Assembly: GCA_024673055.1 (NCBI GenBank)
Contig: GCA_024673055.1_4537.1
Reading direction: 5' to 3' (one strand)
DNA: 64,000 nt
Source: a phage
The stretch's first letter is position 1, and the number at the start of each line of letters is the position of its first letter. The translations under genes and the position numbers were made by a program. Shown here one piece after another: positions 63,032-64,000 of this stretch. Under the pieces are notes generated by a model. It saw only the letters and a program-made list of their open reading frames with translations, was not told the DNA's origin and did no database searches.

Positions 63032-63304
63032 GATTTTAACTCCAGGTGATGAATGATGTTTTTTGTTGGTGGACGGTGGATTATGGAGATCCTCACCTTT
63101 GCCCGTCCTGCATTGCGCCCGCCTGTTGTTTATTGTCGTTGTGCCGCGCCCCCCTCGACAAGATGAATACTACGCTACCAGGTGAGGAACGTCAACCACT
63201 TTTTCAATCTTTTTTATTTTCTTTTTGCTTGCTATGTATAAAGGAAAAGGCTATCATCTTTCTACCGCGCCAACCAGGGCGCACAACAAAGAAAGGGCGA
63301 CACC

Positions 63305-63571
63305 ATGACAAATACTACATTACACCTTATGCACTCATTGGGCTGGCAAGGCGGCACGGTGCACCAGGTCGCAAGCGCAACGGGCTTAAAGGTTGAAACC
63401 GTTCTCAACCTGGGCGATCATAAGGTGGAAGAAATAGAAAACTTTGATCCGTTCGCTGATGGTTATTTATGGGCTTGCAGTGGCGGCGGGGAAAGCAAGA
63501 TCCCACCAGGGGCGCGGGGCGATATGCATTTTTGGTTAGGTGTCCTATCCTGGCAAGAAAACAAAAAATAA
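63305..63571 (+). CDS. hypothetical protein (GC-rich ORF)
   Basis: 88-aa ORF; upstream AAAGGGCG weak SD; noticeably more GC-rich than the early module. Confidence 0.35.
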   Translation: MTNTTLHLMHSLGWQGGTVHQVASATGLKVETVLNLGDHKVEEIENFDPFADGYLWACSGGGESKIPPGARGDMHFWLGVLSWQENKK

Positions 63572-63575
63572 TCTT

Positions 63576-63605
63576 GACAAGCCCAGGGATCGGGCTTATA
63601 CTGTT
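63576..63605 (+). promoter_or_regulatory. sigma70-like promoter (TTGACA-17-TATACT)
   Basis: -35 TTGACA 63576-63581; -10 TATACT 63599-63604. Confidence 0.45.
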
Positions 63606-63828
63606 TTACATACAGAAGAGGAAGCGCCACCCCACGGCGTAAAGGCGGGGCTAACATACCAGGGCGCTGGTTGGAAGGTTGATCGCCGGTAGGCTGGGCG
63701 CTATATATTTGTAAAGAAATGTAAAGATAAAATAATCGCTTGCTTTCCTGGCTGGATCTGTTATTCTTATTACATGGCGAGGGGACACGGGAGCGCGAGA
63801 CAAACACCGCCCCTGCGCGTCATTCTCT

Positions 63829-63937
63829 AAATGAGAATGATTATCATTTACCTTATCAAATAAGAATCAATCTCATTTATAAACCTAAATGCGAATCATT
63901 ATCATTTGCATTTCCACATGAGAACTCTTCTCATTCT
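63829..63937. repeat. four tandem palindromic 22-bp boxes at 29-bp periodicity (iteron/operator-like, Fur-box-like)
   Basis: AAATGAGAATGATTATCATTTA (63829), AAATAAGAATCAATCTCATTTA (63858), AAATGCGAATCATTATCATTTG (63887), ACATGAGAACTCTTCTCATTCT (63916). Confidence 0.55.
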
Positions 63938-64000
63938 CACCTGCATAAAAATTTTTGTAAACTTTAAATTTTGGTTTTGTACTTTCATTTTTGTAAAAGC

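Noticed and set aside
1-64000. tRNA genes, as in the T4 tRNA cluster
   Set aside because: No GGTTCGAATCC-type T-loop or cloverleaf-compatible 70-90 nt segments seen in any intergenic region; not searched computationally
50819-64000. Bacterial host DNA flanking an integrated element, suggested by Fur-box-like palindromes and higher GC
   Set aside because: Intervening genes are tiny, promoter-per-gene phage-style ORFs with no recognisable bacterial housekeeping genes; more consistent with a hyperplastic phage region, though host-derived regulatory sites cannot be excluded

Overview
The window reads as a segment of a large virulent T4-like myovirus genome; nothing here could be searched against a database, so every call rests on motifs and gene order read directly from the sequence. 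Four parts: (1) 1-33.3 kb, + strand: a densely packed early/nucleotide-metabolism module. It contains a three-gene RNA-repair cassette (metallophosphoesterase, Rnl1-type RNA ligase, P-loop polynucleotide-kinase-like protein), an ATP-dependent ligase, a ThyX-like protein, nrdA / HNH homing endonuclease / nrdB, rmlC-rmlD, nrdC, T4-type lysozyme, PhoH, an HslV-like peptidase, two methyltransferase-like proteins, a lambda-type Ser/Thr phosphatase and a zinc-module-less Sir2-like protein. (2) 33.4-50.8 kb, - strand: a convergent hyperplastic block of about 55 small ORFs, including a seven-member paralogous family, duplicated gene pairs and a resolvase/invertase-type serine recombinase. (3) 50.8-52.3 kb: a 1.4 kb non-coding, strand-asymmetric region with palindromic operator-like boxes. 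(4) 52.3-63.0 kb, - strand: about 35 very small ORFs, most preceded by a conserved cassette of a sigma70-like promoter plus GC-rich stem-loop (about 20 copies), followed at 63.8-63.9 kb by four palindromic 22-bp repeats at exact 29-bp spacing. No tRNA, rRNA or CRISPR array was recognised. The strongest candidates for something undescribed are the split RNA-repair cassette, the promoter/stem-loop array with its flanking palindrome arrays, the seven-member family, and a 147-codon start-less open frame upstream of 8164.
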